Notes under the pieces: generated by a model | Told to the model about the DNA's origin: nothing | Database searches by the model: none | What the model saw: the letters and a program-made list of their open reading frames with translations, nothing else | Position numbers and translations under genes: made by a program | IMG/VR virus record: IMGVR_UViG_3300034103_002674 | Span: 6,301-70,300 of that record | Direction: 5' to 3' (one strand) | Length of the DNA: 64,000 bases | Source: a virus | Shown: positions 49,038-58,781 of the stretch, piece after piece | How the letters are laid out: every line of letters starts with the position of its first letter | Position numbering within the stretch: position 1 is the stretch's first letter

Positions 49038-51074
49038 CTAGAACCAATCTTCCTGATCTTCCTTCTCGGGAAGATTTTCATTGGAAGCGATGTAAACGGG
49101 CGAGGAAATTAATTGCTCTTCCTGTTCGGAAATAATATTTTGCTCTTTATTGGGAGAAGTGAAATCGAGATCAGGCCCTTGATAGTCCCATGAATGGTAC
49201 ATGCGAGTGCGCTCGTCATGCGGGCCAACAATGAAACTGCTAGTAATTAAGCCTTGACGACGAGCCATTTCTAGCAGTTTGCCAGTGGTGACATTCTCAT
49301 TCATGCCGGTTCCCAGCGACACTTGCTGCTTGCTGAACCTCTCATGCGGACGCATGTTCACATAGTTGGCCACGCGATCCAGCTCTGCGATGGAATTACC
49401 AAGTGGACCAGCGTAGTCCCAGCCATAGTTCACAGCATTGCGCTTCAGAACGTGCTTACCAGCCAAGCCGCTCCTGCTCTTCACCCATTCCAGGACAAAC
49501 TGGTTTTGATCAAAATTGCCCTCTTGGCGATAGAGCTTCACCACTTCACTCACGTTGTCAACAAAGCTAGAGCTATCACGCAATCCACCTTGACGGTTTA
49601 AGTGGTGGAGAATGACGATAGAGCATTTGTAGACATTGGCCATGTCCCGTAATGCGTAGAGAGAATCACCGGCATTGCTCTTAATGAGATCGACGTTCAT
49701 GCCAGCGAAACAAGCCGTAAGCGAGTCGATTACGACAAACACCGGACGATGCTTTTTGATGAAACGCTCAAGCTGTTGCATATGAGCAAAGCGCCAGGTT
49801 TCCCAAAAAGAAATCATTCCAGGCTGAATGTTGGCTTCTTGATAGCCGATGATAGAAAGCTTCTCTTTAGTGTCTGACAATGGTTCGTCAGCGGAGATGA
49901 GGAGGCATTTGCCAGGAAGACAACGCCGCCCAGACCAAGAAGAACCAGTAGCCACGCCTAGAGCCCAGTTATAGACAAGAGAGGTTTTGCCAGTGCCGCC
50001 CTGCGCAGCAAGAAGAGTGACGCTGCCAAGCGGAACGATGCCAGCAATCAACCACTCACGAACGGAATCATCATCAATTAATTGCAGCACGTCAATAGTT
50101 TCTATTTCTTCCTTGCCAAACAAACGAGAACGCGCCTCGTCAATCATCTTGTCGATATTTGCTTGCGGCATCTTCACGCCATGAGCTTCTAGCCATTTAG
50201 AAGCTTCAAACGCCACGCGAGCATCATTATCGAACAGTCCGACCATGCGCTCAAAGGTGCCAATGATTTCCTCATAGGAAGGAAGACCATCTTTGCCTTC
50301 GTGGCGATCCTTTGAAACAATGGAGGAAAGGATTAGCTCCTGGTCTGCGCCATCGTCAAGCCAATCAGCTAAGTCGTAGCCTCCATTCTGAGGCAAACTG
50401 TCCCATTCAAAACTGCCAGGATCGGCGTAAAGCCATTGCGCTCCAGGATTATCTGAAGCCACTTCTCGCATAAGAGCAATGCCGGGCTCATCACGATCAG
50501 GACATAGAACAATCTTCTTGCCACGAAATAAAAGCGAATAGTCGCCGTTTGCGCGGTACTGGCCACTGCCGCCAAGAAAAGTGACCGAAGGAATGCCGAT
50601 TTCCCATAGCCTGTCACAGGTGAGTTCCCCTTCAACAATGAAGATGGGAAGTCCTGTTACTTGCGAAGCGGTGAGGGCTTCATCGAAGCGATAAGGAAGA
50701 ATAGTGCTTCTTATCTCATCGATATATGCCTTGCGTTGATGCGTACCTTGCGGTACTGACGGATAGCTTTGCTTAATTGTTTTCTTGCCACTTGCATCAT
50801 CACGATGCACATTGATAGTAGTTTCGCCTTGCCTATTTTTGTAGGGAAAAGTGTAAGACTGTGGTTCACGAAGGGGGCGCTCCCAGCGATCAAGCGGAGC
50901 AAGAATGTTACGAATTTCGGCGCGGTGTTTTGCCGAATCATCATTGAAACAGTTGTAGGCACCGTTGTTGGTGTTAATGGAGAGGTCGTTGCCTCCGCAT
51001 GCCGGACAGATGTACTTCCCTGGATGATCGCTTGTCTCAAGCTTCTCAATGTGGTCCAGGATGGAGAATGCCAT
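49038..51074 (-). CDS. Primase-helicase (Zn finger, TOPRIM, RepA/AAA_25-type ATPase)
   Basis: 'CPACGG..L......YNCF', 'IVEGE..C', 'PDRDEPG', 'GGTGKT', 'VVIDSL', 'ILHH'. Confidence 0.9.
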   Translation of the reverse strand: MAFSILDHIEKLETSDHPGKYICPACGGNDLSINTNNGAYNCFNDDSAKHRAEIRNILAPLDRWERPLREPQSYTFPYKNRQGETTINVHRDDASGKKTIKQSYPSVPQGTHQRKAYIDEIRSTILPYRFDEALTASQVTGLPIFIVEGELTCDRLWEIGIPSVTFLGGSGQYRANGDYSLLFRGKKIVLCPDRDEPGIALMREVASDNPGAQWLYADPGSFEWDSLPQNGGYDLADWLDDGADQELILSSIVSKDRHEGKDGLPSYEEIIGTFERMVGLFDNDARVAFEASKWLEAHGVKMPQANIDKMIDEARSRLFGKEEIETIDVLQLIDDDSVREWLIAGIVPLGSVTLLAAQGGTGKTSLVYNWALGVATGSSWSGRRCLPGKCLLISADEPLSDTKEKLSIIGYQEANIQPGMISFWETWRFAHMQQLERFIKKHRPVFVVIDSLTACFAGMNVDLIKSNAGDSLYALRDMANVYKCSIVILHHLNRQGGLRDSSSFVDNVSEVVKLYRQEGNFDQNQFVLEWVKSRSGLAGKHVLKRNAVNYGWDYAGPLGNSIAELDRVANYVNMRPHERFSKQQVSLGTGMNENVTTGKLLEMARRQGLITSSFIVGPHDERTRMYHSWDYQGPDLDFTSPNKEQNIISEQEEQLISSPVYIASNENLPEKEDQEDWF

Positions 51075-51306
51075 GGAGGGGAGTGGGAATGCCTCCGTTG
51101 TAGCAAGGAATTCAAGGGGCAACAGCCCTATAAACCAAAGTGATATTAAGAGGAGCAATCAATAACTTATGGCAATGCGTGGCCTGGTTGGCAGCCTTGA
51201 AAACTATGGCTAGTCTGGCCATGTTCCCGATGCCTCTCGCCCATGGAACTCTGGTTGGCCGCCATTATCGGCTTTTCAATCGGCTACCTGCTCGGTCCCT
51301 TGTTTT

Positions 51307-51549
51307 ATGACAAATAGCAACAAAGAGCTGAAGAAGGGACGCCATTTCAGCTTAACTGATACTGCGTACGCCCACCTCGGCAACATCGCCCATGAAGCTC
51401 GATTGAGCCTCAGCGAAACCTTGGAGCGGCTCGTTCGCTCCACGCCCATCTGGGAAGGCAGTGCCACCTTGGCAAATGGCGCCTTCGATCTCATCGAAGA
51501 CTATTCAACGTCCCTTGAAACTGATTTCAATGAAAGTTTCCCAGCTTAA
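51307..51549 (+). CDS. Ribbon-helix-helix DNA-binding protein
   Basis: 'RHFSLTDTAYAHL..IA....LSLSE.LE.LVR'. Confidence 0.65.
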   Translation: MTNSNKELKKGRHFSLTDTAYAHLGNIAHEARLSLSETLERLVRSTPIWEGSATLANGAFDLIEDYSTSLETDFNESFPA

Positions 51550-51793
51550 ACTTGCTTGCGAAGAATTCCTTCTTGACCATGGTGATCAGGAAGTGAAGCT
51601 TCTATGGGAGCAAGGAGCCATTGATGAAGGCTTCGATCCCAAATACTATGAGCTTCCCACTGATATTCGCGCAGTTGCTGATTGGCCTCTGCCCGGCAAA
51701 AGCATCATCACCAAGAACGAAGGTTCTGAGATGAGCATTGATTTCGTCATTATGTATGGCGAATGCATGAGCTTGCCGCAGTCGAAGCAGTGA
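51530..51793 (+). CDS. Hypothetical protein
   Basis: MKVSQLK...GDQEV. Confidence 0.55.
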   Translation: MKVSQLKLACEEFLLDHGDQEVKLLWEQGAIDEGFDPKYYELPTDIRAVADWPLPGKSIITKNEGSEMSIDFVIMYGECMSLPQSKQ

Positions 51794-52752
51794 ATCATTC
51801 CTTTATGCTCTATTCCCCGTCTGATTTTTCTTCCATGGACCCTGCCCAGCAAGCCGCAATGGATCGTTATAACGGCATCTTTTCTCCCCTGGAGATTAGT
51901 GCCGAAGCCTTTAAAGCTGCTTACGATACGCCCGATATCGGGCCTCATATCGAGAAAGACTACAAAGGGCTTTCCTATTTGTCGTGGCCTTTTGCCTATC
52001 GCTATCTAAAGGAGCATTTTCCCACGTATTTTGTGGCCTTTGAAGAAAAGACCATCGGGGAAGTGGTGTTTGGCACACCAGGCGCTTACTATCTTCGCCC
52101 CTACCTTACTGATGGTTGTCGCCGTACTGTTGCCTTGATCTTCCCGATCATGGACAGGAAGCACAATTCCATTAAGGAGCTTGATGGTCGCGCCATCTCT
52201 GACAACTGCCAGCGTGCTGCAGTAAAAGCTATTGCCACCTTCACTGGCCTTGGCCTGCGTCTTTATGCAGGAGAGGACATCCCCAAAGAAGATGAAAAAG
52301 CCCCATCTAAACTCCCGCTCCAACAGGAAGCTCAGAAACAAACTACGCGGGCAAGTAAGGCGGCAACGGGAGCTAAAGCTCCTAGTGAGCCTGCTGGAGA
52401 AGGAGGGGATACTCCCGCTACCGTGGCAGGGGCCAGTGGAGAAGCGTTTGATGCCAAAACTGCCCTGACCACCATTTGCAAAGCCAATCCATTTGGCTAT
52501 GCGGATGAGAAGAACAGTATGGCGCTTGGTAAAGCTGCGCTGGAAGCCATTGGCTTATCCCGTGCCACTGAAGTGAAGACTTGGCAGCAGTTTGGCAATG
52601 TGGCAGCAGCCATGATGACTGTCTGGGCAAAAGAAGAGCAAATGGTCATTACCAAAACAGAAATGACCAAGGAAATTGATCTTGTTCGTGCTTGCGACAC
52701 TACAGAAGCAATGGTTGAAGCAATGAAAGCTTTCGTTGCAAAAAAGCCATAG
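51763..52752 (+). CDS. Sak/Rad52-like single-strand annealing protein (DUF1071-like)
   Basis: 'KGLSYLSW..A...PIMD..HN...QRA.VKAIA..TGLGL.LYAGEDIP'. Confidence 0.85.
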   Translation: MHELAAVEAVNHSFMLYSPSDFSSMDPAQQAAMDRYNGIFSPLEISAEAFKAAYDTPDIGPHIEKDYKGLSYLSWPFAYRYLKEHFPTYFVAFEEKTIGEVVFGTPGAYYLRPYLTDGCRRTVALIFPIMDRKHNSIKELDGRAISDNCQRAAVKAIATFTGLGLRLYAGEDIPKEDEKAPSKLPLQQEAQKQTTRASKAATGAKAPSEPAGEGGDTPATVAGASGEAFDAKTALTTICKANPFGYADEKNSMALGKAALEAIGLSRATEVKTWQQFGNVAAAMMTVWAKEEQMVITKTEMTKEIDLVRACDTTEAMVEAMKAFVAKKP

Positions 52753-52940
52753 ATCTAGCAGCGGCCCGTTTTGCGCGGGCCTTTGCTGGAACCATTTGTC
52801 TTGACAAAGATCATGCTCCAATTGACAGCCTTCCTCCCCGCCTCTTTGGCTGACGATCCACTTGGCTTGTTTCTGTTAGTTGCTTTTGCTTCTACAGCTT
52901 TAGCCTTGCTCATTTTGTTTCTTGCAAGTTTAGTTCTGCC

Positions 52941-53192
52941 ATGAACGATTCTTCCCTTTCTCCATGGAAACATTCATGGAAACATTCAATCACCAATCGC
53001 TATGGCGATCCGAGTTTTGACATTGAAGTGACAAGCTATAAGGCAACTATATACGAAGTTGTCGAGGACTTTGCTTGTTATTTAATGGGCTGCGGTTATT
53101 CCCGTTCTCTCATTGTTGATGCCTTCAATGCGCAAGCAGAAGAATTTGCAGATTTGCTGAAAGATGTTAACAAACAGACGGACGCTGATTGA
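52941..53192 (+). CDS. Hypothetical protein
   Basis: 'VVEDFA.YL.GCGY' pattern. Confidence 0.55.
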   Translation: MNDSSLSPWKHSWKHSITNRYGDPSFDIEVTSYKATIYEVVEDFACYLMGCGYSRSLIVDAFNAQAEEFADLLKDVNKQTDAD

Positions 53193-53487
53193 TGCATGCC
53201 ATGAAGCATTCTGGAGCTTTCCTGAAGATACGCTTAGCAGCGACAAACGCATTGCTGCGATGCTGCTTGCTATTGCTGAGTGCCCTACTGCTGATCGAAC
53301 TTTTCTTTTTCAAACTGCACGGACTATTCTCATGCCCGATATTGCTTGCTGCACGGGGGATGAATGCCCTGTCAAGGAAGATTGCTGGCGCTACATGGCG
53401 CCCCCTGATCGCTTCCAAAGTTATTTTGCAACGCCGCCTTATACGGAAGAAGGCTGCGAGTATTTCTGGGATATGAATGAGAAATGA
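53164..53487 (+). CDS. Hypothetical protein with a Cys-rich C-terminal domain
   Basis: 'MPDIACC.G..CP.K..C.RY.A....QSYF..PP.....C.YFW'. Confidence 0.6.
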   Translation: MLTNRRTLIDACHEAFWSFPEDTLSSDKRIAAMLLAIAECPTADRTFLFQTARTILMPDIACCTGDECPVKEDCWRYMAPPDRFQSYFATPPYTEEGCEYFWDMNEK

Positions 53488-53714
53488 AAACAATACTTTT
53501 CCTAGCCTTGCTTCCCATGGCAAGCCTTGCCCAGTCAATGCCAGTGCCTCGTGTGGGAAATAGTTGCCCTCTTGGTTTTTACGCCTCTAGCGGCTATTGC
53601 ATGCCTAGTTCTTCCAATAAGAATCAATGGGCAGTTATTAAAGAAAAACAACAGTCTTGCCCTCTAGGCTCCTACGCAAGCGGAAGCTATTGCGTGAAAA
53701 GCTATGCCAGATGA
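53484..53714 (+). CDS. Small secreted protein with two CPLGxYASxxYC repeats
   Basis: Signal peptide MKTILFLALLPMASLA; duplicated Cys motif. Confidence 0.65.
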   Translation: MKTILFLALLPMASLAQSMPVPRVGNSCPLGFYASSGYCMPSSSNKNQWAVIKEKQQSCPLGSYASGSYCVKSYAR

Positions 53715-53749
53715 TGGCTTGTTACGATCTATGTCTCGACGCCCTTTCG

Positions 53750-54514
53750 ATGCCCTCTCTCGCCCGCTACGAACCCAATCGGATCCAGCTCAACGGCAAG
53801 CGGAATTACGTTTTGAACGGTTTTCCAAATGCCCCAGAAGGCATTGTTTTGCCCTCTGTGACGACTATTGCGAGCGCGTGTTCGCCGCCTGGCAAGATTG
53901 CAGCGCTCATGAACTGGAGGAAGAAAGTAGGCAATGAAGAAGCCAATCGTCGTACACGTTCTGCTGTAGAACGTGGCAACTGGCTTCATGGTGTGCTGGA
54001 GGATTTCTGGAACGGCGAGGACATTAATTGTCATCTTGACTCCCATCCATTGTTCGTTCCTTATTTCGACAGCATCGCCAACTTCCTCACTGGTGTGGCT
54101 AGCCCTCTCTTAGTGGAAAGCGCCATTGCTTGGTATTGCCCCTCCACTGAAACTGGCTACTCAGGCACGTTTGACATGCTTGCCACCATGGGCAACGGCA
54201 ATATCGCCCTGCTCGATTGGAAGACAAGCTACAAGCAAAAACCTGACACGCAGCTAGGCGACTACCGCATGCAGCTCGGGGCCTATTCCCAAGCCATTGA
54301 GCAAATGTACGGCATCGAAATCAACGAGGCGCATTGCGCTATTGCCATTTACGATCCAGACACGGGCAAGGGGCAAGAAGCTCAAATTGTAAGTCTTGAC
54401 GGCACTGACCTTGCGATGCAGGCGGGTATCATGGCTCAAAAGACTCAGCAATATTTTTTTGAGCATTATCCAGGCGGGCGCCCCTTAACCATTTCTATGG
54501 ATAGGGGAGCTTGA
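53750..54514 (+). CDS. PD-(D/E)xK exonuclease (RecB/Cas4-like phage exonuclease)
   Basis: 'LPSVTTI...WRKKVG...RG..LH...YSGTFD...LLDWKTS...QLGAY'. Confidence 0.85.
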   Translation: MPSLARYEPNRIQLNGKRNYVLNGFPNAPEGIVLPSVTTIASACSPPGKIAALMNWRKKVGNEEANRRTRSAVERGNWLHGVLEDFWNGEDINCHLDSHPLFVPYFDSIANFLTGVASPLLVESAIAWYCPSTETGYSGTFDMLATMGNGNIALLDWKTSYKQKPDTQLGDYRMQLGAYSQAIEQMYGIEINEAHCAIAIYDPDTGKGQEAQIVSLDGTDLAMQAGIMAQKTQQYFFEHYPGGRPLTISMDRGA

Positions 54515-54585
54515 CTCCTGGTTTAGCCCCGCTATGCTTCTAAAGCCCCTCCAGGGCCGACCACTCTCCTTCTGAGGAATACTAA

Positions 54586-54867
54586 ATGCCCTCTGGCAAT
54601 CTTCCCGTTTTCAGCGGCACTGTCGATCTCACCCCCGACATTCTGAATGCAGCCAAAAAGGCTGGTCCCAATGCACAAGGAAACTACAGCTTCCGCGTGG
54701 CACTGTGGAACAACGACAAGCGTGACAAGGACACTGCCCCTCATTTCAAAGGGCAGGTGACTGTCAACAAGATGGAAAACAGCCCTAAGGCTTATTCTTC
54801 CTTCTGGCAGAACGGCGAAAGCGCAGGCAGCAGCTTCGCATCGTCTTCCAGCGATGATCTTTTCTGA
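54586..54867 (+). CDS. Putative single-stranded DNA-binding protein
   Basis: 'ALW......APHFKG.V'; acidic C-terminal 'DDLF'. Confidence 0.6.
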   Translation: MPSGNLPVFSGTVDLTPDILNAAKKAGPNAQGNYSFRVALWNNDKRDKDTAPHFKGQVTVNKMENSPKAYSSFWQNGESAGSSFASSSSDDLF

Positions 54868-54931
54868 TCCTCTGTTCTGAAGCTTTTCCTCCATCGTTGT
54901 TTCTTAGGGGCGGCAACGCCCCTTTTCTTTC

Positions 54932-55519
54932 ATGCTCCTCAACGACAAGCAAATTAGCATTCTCGCTGAAAACGACATCATCTTTCCTTTCACGGGAGAG
55001 AAGCGTCGCGAGCTGGATAATGGCACGAAAGCTTTGTCTTACGGCCTGTCTCATGCTGGCTATGACCTACGTCTTTCTCCTGAAGGCTTCATGGTCATTG
55101 ACAATTCCGCCAGTAAAGGCGCTCCTCTTGACGTGAAGAGCTTTGATACGGGGCTAATGGAAGAGCAAAAGCCTCGTCAAGAAAACGGCAGCACATTCTT
55201 CGTACTCCCGCCGTTTTCCTACGCTCTTGGCGTTAGTCTTGAACGCATCTCGATGCCTAACAATGTGATGGGCATCACGGATGGGAAGTCAACGTATGCA
55301 CGTCAAGGCACAATCATTAACGTTACGCCAATTGAGCCTGGTTGGTCTGGTTTTCTCACTATTTGCATTGTCAATCCCTTGGCTTTTCCAGCTCGCATCT
55401 ATGCCAATGAAGGGATAGTACAAATTATGTTTATGAAGCTCGATGGTGATGTTGCTAGCGCCTATGGCGACGGCAAATACCAGAATCAGCAAGCTAAAGT
55501 GGCCTTTGCTGCTGTATAG
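54932..55519 (+). CDS. dcd: dCTP deaminase
   Basis: 'LSYGLS..GYDLRL...GKSTYAR.G...TPIEPGW.G...IYANEGI.Q...KYQ.Q'. Confidence 0.92.
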   Translation: MLLNDKQISILAENDIIFPFTGEKRRELDNGTKALSYGLSHAGYDLRLSPEGFMVIDNSASKGAPLDVKSFDTGLMEEQKPRQENGSTFFVLPPFSYALGVSLERISMPNNVMGITDGKSTYARQGTIINVTPIEPGWSGFLTICIVNPLAFPARIYANEGIVQIMFMKLDGDVASAYGDGKYQNQQAKVAFAAV

Positions 55520-55522
55520 CTT

Positions 55523-55885
55523 GTGAGTGCTCTTGAAGATCAATTTCTTGGGCTTTGGCAAGCTCACTATCCCGATCTTTCATTGATCCGGGAATTCAGC
55601 GATGTAGAAGCTTGGGAAGCTGATTTTCAAGAGCGCTATGCAAAAAGCAAGCGTTCAAAGCGTTACAGAGCAGATTTTGCACATCTTCCTTCTCGCTCTC
55701 TCATTGAAATACAAGGCGGCACTTTTAATCGTGGCCGTCATGTTACTGGCTCTGGCTACGAGCGAGACGCCAGAAAGTTTAACCTAGCCATGTTTTGTGG
55801 CTGGAAAGTATTTTTGCTTACTTCCCAAACGGCCAAAGAAATCGCCTGGCTTGAGAAGATTGCTGCTGTTCTGAGAATGCCTTAA
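55523..55885 (+). CDS. Vsr/DUF559-like endonuclease
   Basis: 'SALE..F...YRADFA......IEIQGG....GRH......D..K.N.A...GW.V'. Confidence 0.75.
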   Translation: MSALEDQFLGLWQAHYPDLSLIREFSDVEAWEADFQERYAKSKRSKRYRADFAHLPSRSLIEIQGGTFNRGRHVTGSGYERDARKFNLAMFCGWKVFLLTSQTAKEIAWLEKIAAVLRMP

Positions 55886-56195
55886 TGGCTTCACCGGCTT
55901 CGCCAAGCAAAGCATCTGCTGCTTCTAAGTCCATTTGCTGAATCTGCATGGCTTGACGCAGCTCAAGATTTTCCTTCACAAGCGATGCAGTGGCATCTTG
56001 CATGTTGCTCCAACCCTGCATCATGTTCCATGCCACTTCCTTGATCTTTTCAATATCATTGCATTCATCCAATGCTTTCTTATTGGCAACAAGGGCAAAA
56101 TCCCTTTCCATGCTCCGCTCAAAAGGCCCCATTTCAGCAATGTAGTCGCGTCCGTTATAGCTTAATGCTACTGGAACACTGAAAAGCCTTGACAT
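55818..56195 (-). CDS. Hypothetical coiled-coil protein
   Basis: 125-aa ORF. Confidence 0.55.
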   Translation of the reverse strand: MSRLFSVPVALSYNGRDYIAEMGPFERSMERDFALVANKKALDECNDIEKIKEVAWNMMQGWSNMQDATASLVKENLELRQAMQIQQMDLEAADALLGEAGEAIKAFSEQQQSSQARRFLWPFGK

Positions 56196-56225
56196 TGATC
56201 CCCAGTCATTTGCTTTAGCCTAGCG

Positions 56226-56561
56226 ATGCAGCGAAATGGCAGGCAGTTTGTTTACCCAGTGGACGATGGAAGGAAAGCCGAAAAGCTTGGTACGGCTTCC
56301 TTTAAAGCCCTCCCGAAAACGCCAGCGTCCCACACTTGGGAAGTTGGGCAAACCGTCGTGTATGTGCAGCCCACTGCTGCGGGGTGGATGCCCACGAGCC
56401 TCTTGGGCACCATTGCCGCCATCGTGAAAGACGGAAGACAAAGCAAAGCTCGCATCGTCTGGCACTCTGAAACGAAGCTGGCGCCTATCATTGGCTTCCA
56501 GAGGCTTCGCCCCTTCCTCTTGATTCATGACTTTATTTCCAACTCACGACGATCCCCTTGA
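56226..56561 (+). CDS. Hypothetical protein
   Basis: 111-aa ORF. Confidence 0.5.
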   Translation: MQRNGRQFVYPVDDGRKAEKLGTASFKALPKTPASHTWEVGQTVVYVQPTAAGWMPTSLLGTIAAIVKDGRQSKARIVWHSETKLAPIIGFQRLRPFLLIHDFISNSRRSP

Positions 56562-56745
56562 GACTATTAGCAAGGGCATTGCTGAAATTCTTGTTGCCTT
56601 TGGCTTGATTTGCCTGCGGTCATGGCTGCTAAGTATTTGCGCGGGATGGATTTTCCCTGCATTTGCGCTTGGCTTTTGGCAGTGGGTGCTAATTGCCATT
56701 ACTATTCGCATGCTCATTTGGCCCACCAATAAAACTAACAAATGA
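56527..56745 (+). CDS. Small membrane protein
   Basis: Two hydrophobic helices; ATGA overlap with thyX. Confidence 0.55.
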   Translation: MTLFPTHDDPLETISKGIAEILVAFGLICLRSWLLSICAGWIFPAFALGFWQWVLIAITIRMLIWPTNKTNK

Positions 56746-57461
56746 CTTCTTCTCCTCTTCAAATCATTGATCCCCTCTGTGACGGTATTAGCTTTGTCAG
56801 GCTCATCGATTGGATGGGAACTTCGCTTGACATCGTTTGTGATGCGCGGCAAAGTTTCGATCAAGCCTCTTTTGAATGGACTGATAAAGATCAAAAGCTT
56901 CTTAACTATTTGGTGAAGCATCAGCACACCAGCCCATTTAGGGGAGTTGTCACAAAATGGCAAGTGAAGGCCCCGCTGTTCATTGCTCGCCAATGGTGGA
57001 AGCATGTCATTGGTGGTACATTTGCCAATGATCAACTTGGCTGGAATGAAAAGAGCTTTCGTTATTGCGAAGCAGATGATGACGTGTATTACATGCCTCG
57101 TGAGTTCAGGCAGCAAAGCGCCAGTAACAAGCAAGCCTCTGCCGGCCCTCTAGAGCCCTCCATGAATCAAATGGCAATGATTGAATATGCCAAGGCACTG
57201 GAGCAGGCAAAGCAGGCTTACAAAGCTCTCCTGACACTAGGAGTGAGCAAAGAACAAGCTCGTGGAATCATGCCCATGAGCACCTATACAAGTTTCACTT
57301 GGACCTGTAGCTTGCAAGCCCTTCTGCATTTCCTCTCGTTGCGCGACAAGCCTGATGCGCAAGGTGAAATCCAATGCTACGCTCAAGCCTTGGCCACGCT
57401 GGCCCGCCCTCTCTTTAAAGAAGCCTTCCAAGCATTCGAGGAAAATAGCAATGCCTTTTGA
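56742..57461 (+). CDS. thyX: FAD-dependent thymidylate synthase
   Basis: 'HTSPF...PLFIARQWWKH......WNE.S.RY...KEQAR..MP...LR....AQ.EI'. Confidence 0.93.
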   Translation: MTSSPLQIIDPLCDGISFVRLIDWMGTSLDIVCDARQSFDQASFEWTDKDQKLLNYLVKHQHTSPFRGVVTKWQVKAPLFIARQWWKHVIGGTFANDQLGWNEKSFRYCEADDDVYYMPREFRQQSASNKQASAGPLEPSMNQMAMIEYAKALEQAKQAYKALLTLGVSKEQARGIMPMSTYTSFTWTCSLQALLHFLSLRDKPDAQGEIQCYAQALATLARPLFKEAFQAFEENSNAF

Positions 57462-57828
57462 ACAAGCCCCTGAAGCCTTCCATCCTGTGGAACGCCCCAT
57501 TCATTACGCCAGTGGTGGCTTGGAAGCTATTGAGGCAATGGAAGCAAGCATGACGCCCGAAGCGTTTCGGGGCTTTCTGAAAGGCAACATTCTGAAATAT
57601 GTTTGGCGTTATGAACAAAAGAATGGCCTGGAAGATTTAGAGAAAGCCAAGTGGTATCTGGGTCAGCTTATCTTTGCACTTGAAACAGATCAAGAGCGCG
57701 AAGCTCTTGCCGCCATTGAAAATAGCATTGACAATGGTTGTAAAGATGGCGTATGTCCCATCCCTGGCGTTCGTTACGATCTTCCTCCAAAAGAAGGCGA
57801 TCTATTCGCGCCAGTAGACAAAACCTAA
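57451..57828 (+). CDS. DUF3310-family protein (T7 gp1.7-like)
   Basis: 'V..P.HY..GG.EAIEA...GFLKGN.LKY.WR...KNG.EDL.KA.WYL'. Confidence 0.85.
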   Translation: MPFEQAPEAFHPVERPIHYASGGLEAIEAMEASMTPEAFRGFLKGNILKYVWRYEQKNGLEDLEKAKWYLGQLIFALETDQEREALAAIENSIDNGCKDGVCPIPGVRYDLPPKEGDLFAPVDKT

Positions 57829-58307
57829 GCTGCTTGCCATTCCGTATAGCAAAAGCCCCCAGAAATGGGGGCTTCTTCTTTTGACGGTGGAATGTAATAA
57901 TCACGCTCCTCCGCAAAAGCCTCAATATCCTGCAATGAAGTGTGGGCGCTAATAAAACTATTGTGATGCACCCATGCCAGAAGAAGCTGTTCTCGTTTTT
58001 CACTCCAGAAGCGCTGCGGACGCCACCATTCAAAAATAGGCTCCGCTCCTTTAAGAAGATTACATGATTGACAACTTGGCACTAAATTATATTTTGCAAA
58101 GTGCGGTCCTCCTTTGCTCTTTGGCACAATATGGTCAATAGTTAGCTTCTCGCTCCACCGACCACAATATGCGCAAGCACATTGTCCAAGTGGCCCCCTC
58201 AATGGATAATCTTCAAAAATACTCTTGCGAAATCTACGTCTTGCGTCTCCGGGGCGAAGTTCAATGAGGGAATACAATAGCTCATCGGGACCATTCGCTC
58301 TATGCAT
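57825..58307 (-). CDS. HNH endonuclease
   Basis: 'CAYCG......TIDHIVPKSKGG....NLVPSC..CN..K'. Confidence 0.9.
   Translation of the reverse strand: MHRANGPDELLYSLIELRPGDARRRFRKSIFEDYPLRGPLGQCACAYCGRWSEKLTIDHIVPKSKGGPHFAKYNLVPSCQSCNLLKGAEPIFEWWRPQRFWSEKREQLLLAWVHHNSFISAHTSLQDIEAFAEERDYYIPPSKEEAPISGGFCYTEWQAA
57851..57880. terminator. Bidirectional terminator
   Basis: AAAAGCCCCC-AGAAAT-GGGGGCTTCTTCTT. Confidence 0.6.
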
Positions 58308-58393
58308 GGCGCTATTAAATTTTCATGCAAATAATCTAACCAGCAACAAGCGAATAATGCGCCTTTGCTAATATAAAAACTGCAGGACTCTCC

Positions 58394-58603
58394 ATGGAAC
58401 CATTCAAAGAAGGCATGGCCAATTTTGTGGCCACTATCACGGCTGGCATGCTTCTTTCCACTGGAGCCATGCTTATCACTGTTGGCAATCAGCAGGCAAG
58501 GGTTGCGGTGCAGATTGATTCCATCACCGAAAAACTTAATACTCTTACTGACAATATGAGTGGCATTGAAACTCGTTTGCGCACTCTCGAAACAGAACGC
58601 TAG
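58394..58603 (+). CDS. Membrane-anchored coiled-coil protein (lysis module)
   Basis: N-terminal transmembrane helix plus a coiled coil ending 'RLRTLE'. Confidence 0.6.
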   Translation: MEPFKEGMANFVATITAGMLLSTGAMLITVGNQQARVAVQIDSITEKLNTLTDNMSGIETRLRTLETER

Positions 58604-58633
58604 GCTATAGAAAACTCTCTTAGGAGATTAGCC

Positions 58634-58777
58634 ATGTCTGGTGCAGAATGGTTCATCATTGGCGGCATCATTATTGCTGCTGCAGATCAAATTCTTGATC
58701 GCTCCCCGTGGAAAAGCAATAACGTACTGCAGCTTCTTCTTGAAGGTCTGAAGACTATCTTCCGCGTCAAGGGCTGA
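58634..58777 (+). CDS. Holin-like small protein (47 aa)
   Basis: Hand-translated MSGAEWFIIGGIIIAAADQILDRSPWKSNNVLQLLLEGLKTIFRVKG; AGGAG Shine-Dalgarno; directly upstream of the endolysin. Confidence 0.6.
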   Translation: MSGAEWFIIGGIIIAAADQILDRSPWKSNNVLQLLLEGLKTIFRVKG

Positions 58778-58781
58778 AGCC

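Noticed and set aside
53750-54514. Cas4 as part of a CRISPR system
   Set aside because: It lacks the Cas4 Fe-S cysteine set and sits beside a Sak-like annealase and an SSB-like gene, so it is an ordinary phage recombination exonuclease.
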